In this document: piece by piece, positions 1-12,817 of the stretch
How positions within the stretch are numbered: position 1 is the first letter of the stretch
Layout: each line of letters starts with the position of its first letter
Origin: Rhizodiscina lignyota
Taxonomy: Eukaryota
DNA length: 64,000 nt
Assembly (NCBI GenBank): GCA_010015805.1
Contig: ML978138.1
Location: 434,001 to 498,000, forward strand
Direction of reading: 5' to 3'
Notes under the pieces: model-generated
The model's database searches: none
Told to the model about the DNA's origin: nothing
Seen by the model: only the letters and a program-made list of their open reading frames with translations
Program-made: the position numbers and the translations under genes

Positions 1-64
1 CAGCTGCATTTGATCGCTCCACTGAAGCAGTTGCTCGCTCGCCATTCGTTTTTCATTAGATACT

Positions 65-984
65 ATGACTTTCCTTCAATCTTCAACCGACCCATATTTC
101 ATTGGTTACTATCTAGGTGAAAACGAGCAGGAATCCTTCACTGCCCGTACGTACCGTCCGTATCGGCTTCTCTGTGGCACTGACTATTGTAGTTGAAACG
201 TTTTATTGCACTTCTGGGGCAACATATCAGTCCGCACCATCTCAATACGCCTGCTGTCCACCAAATACAGGCACATGCTATGTGCCGACAGCCTGTGTGG
301 GATTCTCTGGCCTACTTTATAATTTTAATGGCAACCCTTCAAGTTTTATTTGGTAAGGAGGACCGTCTTCATCCTTCCTTGAGTTCGTTAAGGCTGCAAT
401 GGAGGCTCTGGTAGGACGTACTAATTATCCTTTAGCCCTACTCCCTATGCCTGCGCAACTCGGACGGTTTTCGAAGCCTATCCCACGATATCACCACTCA
501 TTGATGTCCTGTGTATGGCTGAAGGTGATCCTCCCACGCTTTTCCGCAACGTGCCACGGCAGAATACAGCTACAACCACATCAAGTAACGCTCCCCCCGC
601 TCCCCCCAGCCATTCCGGGAGTTTCCACTGATATTCTTATTTGTAGGCCCTTCATCCATATCGAGTCCAACCTCTATCCTGGCCTCGACCTCGACCTCAT
701 CGAACTTAGTTTCGCACCGGTTCTCGTCCTCGTCCTCGTCCTCGTCCCTACCAAGTATGTCATCAGCGCCTGCTCCAGAAGTTCAACCACACTCTGCAAG
801 CAAAGCGTGGATTGCAGGTGCGGTTGTTGGTCCCATCGCAGCTATCGCTATTGTGTGCCTCGCACTATGGATTTGGCACCGGAAGAAGAAACCGCCGCGA
901 GTCTTAAACCCTGAGGCTACTCCTGCAGGCAAGACCGGAGTTGTAGCCTATTATAATGATTCTCAGCACTCACGTCCTTCGTAA
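65..984 (+). CDS. Small single-pass membrane protein (Cys-rich N-terminus, Ser/Thr-rich stalk, TM helix, basic tail); Mid2/Wsc-like architecture; multi-exon
   Basis: ATG at 65, then GT..AG introns (about 117-192, 353-436, 584-646). Exons give FYCTSG..CCPP..TCYVPTAC, a poly-Ser tract, then AWIAGAVVGPIAAIAIVCLALWIW-HRKKK. Confidence 0.55.
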
Positions 985-1807
985 AACAACCGCACATTCA
1001 GGTTCATGAACCATGCCCAGGAAACTAATTATCTTTCACTGGAACTTTTCATGTGGTCATGCCTTCTTTAAGATGGGTGGTTACAGTACGACTGAATGAA
1101 TATCATGAATAATATCTTTCATTTTACTTCGTATTCAGTCACTTGATGACCTTGACACGAATACGTACAGCCATGAATCGCTCAACAGCGGGAAGGCTTT
1201 CCTGTTCCTTGCATTGACGCCGTTCTTATGACATACTGCGAGAATTTCCCCCATGAACCCGTCCGATTGATATCCGAGAGGTCCAATATCCATGGTGATG
1301 CCATGCCGACTCGACCGAGTTGCGTGCGCCACATGCGGGATGATCGCACAGCTTGCGACATGGTGGGACCTCAGGCACTGGTTATAATGTCCCATCCGCC
1401 AACCACTCGTATGCCAGCCACCCCAGCTTTGACGTGTACCTTTCAGGTTTGTGATAAGTTCCCTGCCGACATTATAAGCGCAGCTGCAAGGCGGCCGCGG
1501 AGCCTGTGACGCAAGCCCCGCTGTTGTGGGAGCTGCTTGATCAAGCTTTCCGCCTCAAGCCGCATGCTCGATCAAACGCTTATTCACCAGGCCTACCGCT
1601 GAACTAATAAATACCACATTTCCAACCTGCTCTGAGCTTTGTCCCTTCCCTTGGAGTCTCCTGCTTTCGCAATTGGGGTCAATTGAGTGCTGCCGCGTCG
1701 TTTGATACCCTTGCCTTGCTTTCTTTTGCAGACGGTTACATCACGATTGCAGTTGCACGTGAAAGCTTTCCTTCTTTAGAAGAGATTGAAGAACTGAAAA
1801 CAACACA

Positions 1808-2945
1808 ATGGCGAACGCAAAAGTGACTGGGGACAAGCCGATTCCAGGCACGAGCAGGAAGATTGAGCTCTACTCGCCTACGTACTTCGCTGCTTGCACA
1901 ATCGGTGGTATAATTGGTACGTCACCATTCCTTCACTCAAGCTTCCAATTGAGCTTTGATTATGATGTTTCGAGCTCTTATCTCGAAAATTGAACTTCCT
2001 CTTTATTCTCTCAATATGAACAGATGATCTGACTGCCTTCCAGCTTGCGGCCCAACCCACACCGCCGTCACACCCCTCGATGTCGTCAAGACCCGCCGCC
2101 AAGTCGACGCGAACATCTACAAGTCCAACATCCAAGGCTGGAGCAAGATATACGCCGAAGAGGGGATCCGCGGCATCTTTTTCGGTTGGTCGCCCACCTT
2201 CGTCGGCTACTCCTTCCAGGGCGCCGGTAAATATGGTCTCTACGAGGTGTTCAAGTACTGGTACGGCGAGCGCATGTTCCCCAACATGAACAAGACGGTG
2301 GTATATCTCGGGGCCTCGGCGACAGCAGAGTTCTTCGCGGATATAGCCTTGTGCCCGTTTGAGGCGATCAAGGTGAGGATGCAGACGACGCTGCCGCCGT
2401 ATGCGCACAATTTGCGGGAGGGATGGAGTAAGATTGTACAGAAGGAGGGTATTGCTGGGTAGGTTCTTCTGATTCTGTCCACTGTTGAGTGGCTTTTGGT
2501 GGGGAAACGGCTGAGAAATGGTGCCAGATTTTACAAGGGCCTCTACCCACTCTGGGGACGTCAGATCCCATACACGATGTGCAAGTTCGCTACATTCGAA
2601 GAAGCAGTCAAGGCCATCTACCGAGGATTAGGCAAGCCCAAAGAGTCGTACAACAAGTTCCAGCAAGTCGGCGTGGCATTTGCGGGCGGATATATCGCTG
2701 GTGTCGGCTGCGCCGTCATCTCTCACCCTGCCGACGTGCTCGTATCGAAGCTGAACGCGGATCGCCAACCCGGCGAGAGCGCGATGAAGGCTGTCAGCAG
2801 GATCTACGGAAATATTGGCTTCAAGGGCCTGTGGAACGGTCTGCCAGTCAGAATCGTGATGATTGGCACTCTCACGGCGTTCCAGTGGTTGATCTACGAT
2901 TCGTTCAAGGTGTATCTGGGCTTGCCGACTACTGGCGGACATTAG
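1808..2945 (+). CDS. PIC2: Mitochondrial phosphate carrier (SLC25 family, Pic2/Mir1 type), 3 exons
   Basis: [51 protein letters not shown] and [11 protein letters not shown] carrier repeats, and [10 protein letters not shown]. Two introns (about 1917-2044, 2459-2528). Confidence 0.92.
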
Positions 2946-3962
2946 AAGGATGAGGAGTGCTTTACAATAAAAGTATTGCAATGTGTAGAAGACTTTGGAG
3001 CGAGAGAGGACTCTGTATTGCGAAGGCGAACTGCGTTTTCGGCTGCGTCAGAGCTTTCGACTGTTCAGCGCTGGGCGTTTGAGGAAGTCTCGGAGCTAGG
3101 CTGTTTTCGGGATCATTATGATGGATAGATAGACCATCCACGCGCCATTTCCATGAAGCTACTAATCGCTTTCTCTGGGTTGTTCCTTGAGGGCTATATG
3201 AAGGGACAAACAGAAGTAGTGAATTGAGCATGAGTGTTCAATGAGAAGATCGAATTTGGGTATCTAGTGGTGAAAGTGATTCCATCAACATGCCTTGTTT
3301 TCCTTGCCATCCAATCGCCATGCTATAAACAAATTCCCAATGCCAAAGTATCGTCCGTGACGTGCGCGCAAATCCGAACAACGGTAGGCCGGAGTGAAAC
3401 TCTCCCTATGGGGTTGGCCCGGGAGGTAGATGCAGTTGGAATCTTGTCGTGATCTCTTTGTCTGCCCCGATAGTTTCAGTTCTGAAGGGAGGTGTTGAAC
3501 AACGGCGGGGGCCTCTTGACAAGTCCCATTTGTTCAATACGTCCATTGCTTGCAGCTAATCGGGATATAGATAGCTAGGCGCTCCATCTTCGTTGATGTG
3601 GGGCTATTCCAAGTCTTGGTCGCTATCCACCGAGCGTGTGTAATCGCGACTACGCCCATAATCCGTCTTGTAGGGGTATCGCAGCTGCTACCTGTTAGAC
3701 TGCTAAGATCTTACGACTTCGAAATGCGGGTGTGCAATAAGAAGCAGCTATGTTGCTCTAATATATTAAGCGCCTTTCCGTAGCAGCATCTCAAGAGGCA
3801 CTGAAGACTGATAGAGCGGTTGGTCTGCCCTGCTTCAGTAACACGGAGAGCAATCGTCTCCTCGGAGACTGCCAACCATGTCTATTGAGCAGGGCGGTAT
3901 ACGAATTCAAGAGACAAGTCGACTCGTCAGTTTCATTATGAAGAAATAATACTCACAGCTAT

Positions 3963-6190
3963 TCAAGTGCCATTGCTAGTTTCGTCAAAGCACTGACAAT
4001 CCGCCTTGCTCCCTCCTCTCCGTTTCCCGCTCAAGAGCGTCGGACACTTCCACGCAATCTCAAGGTCGGAGCACTGCATCAGCAGGCCCCAAACCCTTTC
4101 CAACGTATATCCAAAGATTGGTGCGCTCATCTCGTCCCTCCTTCCTCTCAAATACTTTGCTTCATGCGCCCAGGAATTTGGGTCCCGTATGGCTTTCCAA
4201 AGATCTTCGTACACCTCCTTCTTCACCCCGCGGATTCGTCTCGCTGAAGCAATGAACTGCCCTTTGTAACTAAGGAGGTCGCGATTGCAGGCCTCGTCGG
4301 TCTGGTAAACTTTCTTATAGAGGCTCGGGACCATACCAGTATCGTCATGCCAGCCAAAACGATCACCACAATTGGCACAATCGCAGACATTGCCCGGGAA
4401 GCCAAGTGATAGCATTCCCGTGCGTTCTGCGTCAAAGTAGTCTCGTACCCTCGGGATGAACTCGCGTGGGTTATGAATGTCGGCTTGAATGAACATCGTA
4501 TGCTTTGCAAGGTCGTCCCAATGATCAACAATATGGCGAAGGTAGGTCTCGCCCTCGCGCCCAACATTTGGGACGTGAATGACTTTGAAAGGCCGCATTG
4601 CATCATTTATAGCCTCTATGTTTGCGTTTTCGTCTTTGGTGTAGATAAAGAGTCGTTGGGTCTGGAAACCTGGGATTTTTCTGATGGATTTGAGACCCCA
4701 TTCGACGTGGTCAATGGGTTCCTTGTACATGCTGACGACGATGTCGATATCGAAAAGTGGGTTGTACTCCGTATCTAAATGAGGTCCAGGGTTGGAAGGT
4801 ATAGAAGGGGTATCTATGATGCTGAAATTAGATGCGAGCCAGATGAGCATGCAAGCAACCGTAAGGGCCGCTAAGCCTCCAGCAACAATTTTCGAGGTTG
4901 TGCCACCGAGATAAGGCTCTAAACGACTGAGTATGCTTCCTCGGGGATGTCGTAAGCGGCGTTCACTGAAAGAATCCTGCCTCTGCCTGTGGGAAAGTAA
5001 TTCGTAGGGAGCTCCGTCGTCTCTTTTGCTATCCTTCTCAACCTCATTGAGATTGATGGATGCGCCTCTGCCTGCACATCCAACCAGGAGGAAATGGAAC
5101 CCGATCTGCAGTGGTGAAGTGTAGCTGCGATTGTTGAGCAGTAAGGACAAAGCCGGCGTGCAATAGGTGACGACCATGAGGGACATCGAGACAAAATCAG
5201 CACCCGCCTGTGCCGAAATTGCCTTGCCTCCGGAGGAGAGAGGATGGATCGGAAGGCGATATAGCGGGGAGCCACCGAGAACAAGAGCGGCAGGACCGAC
5301 AACAATGCTGAGTGCAACCACGGTCGGATTTAATCTGCACAGCTCCAAGATTGCGTCCCATGTATCTTCCACAAGAATGGCGCAGAAAGCTGTGAGGATG
5401 AAAGAACCCCATATCACAAGTTGAAACGCAAAGTTCGGCCCTGGCTTCGCATAGTGCGGACCATTTCGTAGCTCGTCAAAATGCCAAAGGCCTTTGGCTG
5501 TACCGGCGAGGAGCACAGCTGGAAGTCCAAATAGCAAGCCGTTCACTTCCAGCCTATACTCGTCCCATAGCAATCCAACGCCCGAGAGCAACGAAAGAAG
5601 AATCCAAATGGTGAAGCTCGTCGAGACGGGAATTCGTGTCAGCAATCGAAGAATGATTGACTCAGTAGAAAGAGCGATCGCCTATAAAAACGATCAGCTC
5701 GTTCTGGATATCATGTTTGCGAGAGACCCACGGCCACCATAGCCAGCGTAGCCAGGTTCGGGAAATGCAGTAGTGCCTGCGTCGCAAGTGGTAAGCTCGT
5801 TGCAGCACAAGCTATCGCCAGCAGTTCAAAAGGACCTTTGAGCTTTCTGCTCTGCCAAATGATCTTCCAGCCAGGCGCGGAAAACGCGACGTGGAGGCGA
5901 CCGCGTTTCCTTACTGTGCGGCATGTTGAGCCCAACGCCCCGACGGCCAAATGTAAGAGGAGAAGGTGCAAAGGGTAGTGGTAATTTTTCGTTACGAGAA
6001 GATATTTCGTTGTGACAAGGCTGAGAATCGCAGACAGTGTCCAGAGTGACCATCCGATGGTGAAGCGAGAACGCGCAGTTTCGTTTCGCGTCGGCCATGA
6101 ATCCGACCTCGCGAAGCTGGGCCGCCCTATGGGCGAGAATACTTCGTCAAATTCATCGAGGACTCGCTCACTCGATCGCCTCGAGGACAT
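3963..6190 (-). CDS. Multi-pass membrane protein: degenerate TPT/nucleotide-sugar-transporter-like N-terminal half fused to a C-terminal DUF3431 domain
   Basis: Intron 5682-5731 (GTGGGT..GCTGAT..TAG) joins ORFs 5711-6190 and 3963-5645 in frame. N-terminal W..S...TTKYLL...YHYPLHLLLLH resembles the TPT family. C-terminal PNVGREGETYLRHIVDHWDDLAKHTMFIQA, QFIASARRI and GYTLERVWGLL are DUF3431 motifs. Confidence 0.8.
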
Positions 6191-6610
6191 GATACCGTGG
6201 AGATTCGGCCAGATTGTTGTTTTTGCTGTGAAATCTCTGATAATTAAAAGTCACGTGCCATCATGGTACTTGGCTTAGACTTGGCGTGTAAGCAGTATGT
6301 TGGCCTTTTCCGGAAGCGATTTGCCATACTGCGCGAGCAGATGAATTGCACAAGGTAACAGTTGATTTGGTGTGTGTTGACGCGAACTAAATATTTCATT
6401 GCGGCAGAGCCGAGCCAGTTGGGTCAAAGCGCCTGGTGCCTCATCTACTTTGAGACTAGCCGCATTTAGCACGATTCACCTGTTCCTCAGCAAAATAGGT
6501 ATCTAAATTCTCAGCCTGCTGATGCTCAATTTCCAGTGATACATGTGTCTCATCATTGAAGAACTAGGCGCTGGCCGCGACCACAGGGTTTTGTCTTGCC
6601 CTTAATTTCC

Positions 6611-8462
6611 TCACAAAATAAAACGGAAATCTGATAGGTATGCACGTCAGTGATCAACGTCGAGAAGTGGAGACAGGATCCTCTGTACATACCGGGGTGA
6701 TCCGCTCCAATTACATCCAGATCTATTTGTCTATTCTCCATTGCTTCCGGCGTGTCCTTTTCTAATTCTTTCCTCCAATTACGCCATCTCAGATAGAACC
6801 ACGTGGCAACAACTGCGACAAATTCGAGTACTACCATTGCCAAAGAAGCAGCAATACCTTTCCGATCTTTCGATATTATCAGTGGGAATTTTGGTATGAT
6901 CATAAGGCGATCGACTCACAATATGGGGGATCCTGGAAAGCCGAATTGCCTGCGACGCTCAGAGCCTGCCCGATCATGTTGATGATCGCGACAATGGAAG
7001 CGCTACGCACTTCTACTTAGCCATAACAGCTCATAGATGGTGAACACGCTATAACTTTGAACATACCGAGTTGTGTAGCCCGCCGTTGACATTGTGAGCC
7101 ATGAGAGAATCAGAACAGTACCAGGGTAGTTTCCCACAGCAAACAAACAGGCACCGGTGAACCGAACGTTGGCGTTTTCAGATGCGAGCAACATGGCATA
7201 TCCGATCACTGAAGGAACCAAAGAGGCAGCAAGTGTGATGCCTCGCTTGTTCGTTACATCGGCGACGCGGCAAAAGATGATGACGCTAACGAAAGCACAG
7301 GCAAAAACGAGAGACGACATCAGCTGTGCCTTGACCGACGTATATCCGAGATCCTGAGATAATGCAGTGTGAGTATGTACGTTTCGCTGGATATGAATAA
7401 TCTTCTGAGCCTGGCAGGTAAGTGCTTACCTTGATGATAATCGGAGTGAAATTGGTCATTGAGGCGCTGCAGAAGTGGTATCCACAGAACTGGACGGTAA
7501 ATAACCAAAAAACAGGACTGAGGAAACATTTCAAGACTGCTTTCGGTCGGATCCTTGGCTGTTCTGGGTTGTGGGACCGTCGACTGCGCTTTGTGGCAAG
7601 CTCTCGATCAGCTTGTGAGAAGCCCAGCCTCGCGGTTTCCGGGGTCGCCGGAAGAGCAAAATAAAGGAAGATTCCGAACGTTATGGGCATGATTCCTTCG
7701 ATCAAAAATATCCATCGCCACGCAAGCCAGCCGTTCTTTCCATTGAGGTTTTTCTGGATACCGTATGAAACCAGGCCGTTAAAGGAGCTTGCGAGTGCCG
7801 TTGAACCCCAGAATATGCCGCTTCTTGTTGCGAGCTCATCATACGTATACCAGAAAGAAAGGTCTAGGCCGCATTAGCATTGCACGAATGAATTCCCTCA
7901 AGACAGCGGAGTGGTCAACCTACAAAACACTACTCCATTTCCGAGTCCTTCGGATACACCGATCAGGGTTCGCAGTCCAGCGAGAGCTGCATAGGAGTGT
8001 ATAACAACCTGAAGGCAGGTGAAGAAGCCCCAAGCAGCGCACGCAATTCCAATCAAGCGGGCAGGGCCGACAATTCTGAGGAGAAGAGTGCCCGGTAATT
8101 GGAAGATGATGAAGCCGACGAGAAAATAGTTGGCGGCAGCGGAATACTGGCTTGGTGTCATTTTCAACTCCTCGAGCATCCCAGCAATAGCAGCGAAGGC
8201 AAGGTCGCTTTTGCCCTGTTATCGAGCTGTTAGCCCCTTTCAGAAGATCGGGAAGAAGTTATTGAAGGAAAGAATATACCATGCTGGAATAAAAAAATGT
8301 TCCGCAGAGCATAGGCAGGATCAGGAGATCGATTTTCCATTTGAGTCTTCTTTCTGCCGCCTTGTCGATTGGTCCCAGTGGAGGAAGGGTGGACGTAACC
8401 TTTCCAACATCCTCAACTGTCACTGCAACGCTCACAGTCTGTAATTCCTTGCCTTCGTCCAT
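6611..8462 (-). CDS. MFS transporter, allantoate permease (Dal5/Tna1, ACS) family; multi-exon
   Basis: ERRLKWKIDLLILP, LRTLIGVSEG, SFWYTYDELATR, LAWRWIFLIEG and C-terminal HPDFRFIL*, with about 6 GT-AG introns. Confidence 0.9.
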
Positions 8463-8763
8463 AATGGTAAACGTGCTCAATGATGAGAAATGAAAATATG
8501 TTATGAGGTTCGAGCAAATTGACACTCTAGATGCTGGGATATCCAGCCCCCTTTTATCGGGGGAGAGACTCTTCCATGAGAACATGCGCTATACGAATCG
8601 ACTCCCTGGCCGGTTTAGCGAATCTGGGGAATCGTCGCGACATTTTGCGGGGTCGAGGGAACGCTACACCCAATTCGAGAAGAGGCATTGTCGTTTGGCT
8701 AATTGCTGCGGTCACTGTGAAGATGGGAGGAGAGTACGATAAGTCTTGGCAATCGGCGAAAAG

Positions 8764-8775
8764 AGCGATATCGCT
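8764..8775. promoter_or_regulatory. Perfect 12-bp palindrome AGCGATATCGCT in the MFS/hydrolase bidirectional promoter; candidate Zn2Cys6 everted-repeat site
   Basis: The sequence is directly visible. The same GCGATATCGCT occurs at 16409-16419. Confidence 0.5.
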
Positions 8776-9010
8776 ACTGAGAGCGAACCTCGCTCGATAG
8801 CGGGAGGTCTTGTACCGTGACGGTTAACGGCGAAAATAATCGACGCGAGAACTGTAGTAGTGCAGTGCTTGTGTTCCAGTCTCCAGAGAGAGCCAGGAGA
8901 CAGGCTGATTACTCTTGACGTGGTCGAATCGTGCTAAGTTTGGGACTCGATTTATTGGGGACTCATATTTGACTGAGTCTGACCGCACACATCCAGCGAG
9001 AGGGCAAAAG

Positions 9011-10120
9011 ATGCCATCTCAGGAGTTTGTCCCTCTCAATGGAGAGGTGTTGCGAGTGGTAAATGGAGCTCCGGCTCTGGTTAAATTTTATTCTGGCGAT
9101 AAATCCAAACCTCTCGTTGTCTGCATTCCCGGCGCGGCAAATCTGGCACGAATCTTTTATGGGGTTCATGCTGGAAGCCGTGAAGATGACTTCCTTTCTT
9201 TCTGGCTTCATCAGCACCACAACTTCAGCGTTCTCGCACTATCATATCCAGGAGAAACAATTGATGGGCCAATGCGTCCACCGGCTCCAGAATACACGAT
9301 CCAAGACTGGGGCAAACAGACTGCCACAATTGCTGCGGATTATATCGCGGACCACGGCCTGGCGAAAGAAGTTGTGGTAGCCTTTTGGAGCATGGGAGGC
9401 AAAGTCGTAGAGCCATTTTCGGCCTCTTCCACCTCGTTGGGCATCAAGGTCAAATTAGCCGTCTCCCTCGCTGCGACTCCCGGCATCTTTGGGCTTCGGC
9501 CACATCCTCCAGGTATCAAAATATCATCTTCTGGGTATGCGTACCGAGACGACACATCGAGGAGTTTCGGGCAGCAAGTCCGGACCCAGAATCAGCTCAA
9601 TGGTGACCGAGAAATCATAAGTCCTGACTCACTAGAGAAACTTTACTACACAAAAACACCGATCAACCTAACCGGCTGGGGTCTACGGTACTCTCGAGAC
9701 ACAGACGGACAGCAACGCTTTGTTGACGATGATATGGCCGATATACGAGATGCGCAGGTCCACAACTGGGGCGCGTTACCCCTGATTGGGGTGATCCAGC
9801 CGACGAGCACACAAGATCTCATGCACGCTGTGGGCGATAAGGCATCGTGGGGTCTTGTGCTGACGTTCAAGTTGCTCTCTGACTTCCAAAAAGCAACTTC
9901 TCAACCCGGATACACAGAGAAGGGCACAAGTTCCAAGGAGCGTTTTGAGAGCTTCCGCGATCTTGTAGATGCGATCCCCGGTCGACTGGCTCGACGAGTG
10001 GAAGGGACCCATTACTTTTTCGTTGGGAAGAAGGGCGCCAGGGAGACTGCGGATCAAATTGCGGATCTGTTACAGGCGTCAGAGAAGATACAAGCAGAGA
10101 TTGATAATCTTCTGTGTTAA
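9011..10120 (+). CDS. Alpha/beta-hydrolase fold protein (intronless), substrate unknown
   Basis: PLVVCIPGAANLARIFYG oxyanion-loop region, nucleophile elbow FWSMGG and late His motif VEGTHYFFVG. ATG at 9011 lies within the 401-aa ORF. Confidence 0.8.
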   Translation: MPSQEFVPLNGEVLRVVNGAPALVKFYSGDKSKPLVVCIPGAANLARIFYGVHAGSREDDFLSFWLHQHHNFSVLALSYPGETIDGPMRPPAPEYTIQDWGKQTATIAADYIADHGLAKEVVVAFWSMGGKVVEPFSASSTSLGIKVKLAVSLAATPGIFGLRPHPPGIKISSSGYAYRDDTSRSFGQQVRTQNQLNGDREIISPDSLEKLYYTKTPINLTGWGLRYSRDTDGQQRFVDDDMADIRDAQVHNWGALPLIGVIQPTSTQDLMHAVGDKASWGLVLTFKLLSDFQKATSQPGYTEKGTSSKERFESFRDLVDAIPGRLARRVEGTHYFFVGKKGARETADQIADLLQASEKIQAEIDNLLC

Positions 10121-10242
10121 AGGGTTTGAGCTGAGACTCGAAGTATGTAAATATGTGGAGGAACTGTCAGACGAGATACAGGCCTTGCCTCCTGAATCAT
10201 GGGCTCGCTATAACTCTCACAGAGCGCACCGTTTCCACACCA

Positions 10243-12284
10243 CTATGTTGAACCCAGATCTTGAAGTACTGCATTCCAGTCAATGTCCGCTGGGTCGTAA
10301 TCTGTTGGCCATATGCTCCCGAGGAACCCGCTATCGATATCGGTAACAAGACTCTCCGTCGCCGCAGCAGCGGTATAGTCTGAAGGCCGCTGGTCTTTGA
10401 CATATTGCGAAAAGCGATCTCGGGCCCGGAAAACGGTGTCCACGGACAAATTTCCTCCCATGCGTGACTTGACCGAGACAAAGGGCTGTGCCTGTCTTGA
10501 TATCTCACTTTGTCGGCTCCATTCGGCAGCGCCCAAGTATTCGATGATTGCACATATTCGGGATAGGTGATCATGTTTCTTCAGCGAACAGTTTTTCAGA
10601 ATATCCCAGCCTTGGTTAATTGAATTGCGGACAGTCACCTCATCAATAAACTCGAAGTGCTGCGTCGGTCGTCCAATCAACTTAAGCAAGAGAAAGACTG
10701 AGTGTATCACACATCGTTTGGTATGGGCTGTTACTGAAGAGATCTCGTCGCGTATAGACAAGGCTGTCTGAAGGATTGTAATTGCCGTCAGGTATGCCTG
10801 CCGTAGCCAATGAGTTGACGACTCTCGGTAAGGTGCGTCCCCATCAGAGTTACGGAATGGATCTTTCGACGCCATGGCCAGGGTGTAAAGCAGTAGTCGG
10901 CAGCCCAAAAAATTAATAAAATCTGGCTTGCTCCACGCTATTGAGGAATGAACCTCAAGTATTCTCAGTTCCGCTTCAAACATCCGTACTGAAGGTGTCG
11001 GGTCAGCGAGTAAGCCGCTATCGCTCATTTCATCGTGCCCGAGCGTATTGGCTATGTTATAGCCTTGTCGTGCAATTTGCAGTTGGTAGAATAAACCATT
11101 CGGGAGCCAGGCAGGCTGACACGCAATGGCTTCCAGGAGACTTCTATCGAGTCGAATTGACGCCGGTATGCCCAAAGTAGCACTTACACTTTTGAGTAAA
11201 TTAGTTCATGCTCTTAGAATGGGGTATACCGAAAGAAATGAACATACTGGTGATTGATAATGAAGCATGCTATCCAAGTCTTTCTCTGCAAGATAGCCGC
11301 ACCTTCGTCCAGTCTAGCATCGTATTCAAAATCGGAAGGATAGTGGGGTCTATGTAGACCAAGCCTCAACGCATTACTGGTGGCGAGAGTAACAAAAGTT
11401 TGAGACGGATCATCTTTCGTGGCACCGAACGGTAATGGCCAAGCGCACAGTAGCAAGAGGGCTTGAATAGAATGAAAGGACCGGCTGCTTGGCATGGCGA
11501 CATCACAGGCCATGACCTGTACCAGCTCCGAAAGGCGGAAATAGATATCTAGGTTTTCCAGTCGACTCCCCATGGCAATAGTCATTACCACCCAAAAGAG
11601 GAGAGGGTTTTGATCGACATGGTCGATGAATCCTACCATCTCGGGTAAGATGGGCATAACGGGATGATAGCGGTTATAGTACCTGAGTCTAGTGAGCCGA
11701 CCTGCCTTTTTGAATGATGAATCCCTGAGCTTACTCTTCAACGAGGTCTCCAATCATTTGTGGCACAAGTTCAATATCTCCGATATTTCTACTCGATAGG
11801 TTCGCACGGATGTCAAAGAGGGCCACATATGGGGTCACTGGACTCAGTTGCACTTGGGCATTTTCTGTACTTGAGGCGGAGTGCGATATTGTCGGGCTAC
11901 CGTTATTTTGGAATGTTCGGAGCGGTTGAGCAGCTGAGCCTGCGGAAGTGTCTAATTTCTGTTTGAGTTCCTTGAGTTCGCGTTCGACGACACCGAGGCG
12001 TCTGGAGTCTCTTGATCAGAGTCAGTCGATGAATTCACTCGAAATATGGACCAATATCACATACTCTCTTCTCGCAGTTCGCTTGAACGATGGATCCACT
12101 GAGCAATGCAATCCAAACTTCTCGCACCGCGAGCAAGGGGTTGGAAATCGCTGGTGTCCATCACACTTCAGCTATACGATGAAGGTCAGACATTGATATA
12201 TATATGATTAAGCGGAACGGTTTCTCATACCTTCTGCTGACGACAGTTGACGCATGCTGCTACTTTCTGCTGCCTCTTTTGCAT
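10243..12284 (-). CDS. Zn(II)2Cys6 transcription factor with fungal TF middle homology region; Leu3/Sef1-like zinc cluster
   Basis: The spliced N-terminus reads MQKRQQKVAACVNCRQQK|LKCDGHQRFPTPCSRCEKFGLHCSVDPSFKRTARR. The middle region has IQALLLLCAWP and ALRLGLHRP..RKTWIACF. Confidence 0.9.
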
Positions 12285-12817
12285 CGCTGGTAGACTCCAT
12301 GTGTAGCCGAGGGTGAGCTGGGCACATCAGAGACAGAGGCAGGATCCTATCACAGGGATTGATTAGTGAAAGAGTTCGGTCACTTTATTACAATAGATCG
12401 CCGTGGTAGAAGTCACAGTATTCGCTGTCGCTGTAGTTCCGGAGTAGATGAAAGAGGCTTGTGACTAGGATTCAGCTGCTAAGGATGCGTAATGGCCCCA
12501 CCCAAACATAAAGCACCAGCGCACCCTTGACACCAGGGCCGAAGGACCGAAGTTGGGGCACGCTAAGCCCCCGAATCGGTTGATCTCCGGGTACCCCTAT
12601 CGAGAACAGCGCAATTCGGATTCTCTCTCCCTTTCTCGCCTTCTCACCCTTTTTCAGTATGTCGCAAAATCTGAAGCTACAGTTGTAAATTTGAGTCAAT
12701 CGCATCATTTATCAGAAAGTGATTGATTTCTCATTACTCTATACCATGCTCTAAATACAAATCATTCGACTTGCCAATCGAAATTCCCATGAGTCTCCAG
12801 TACCACAGTGAGGACCC

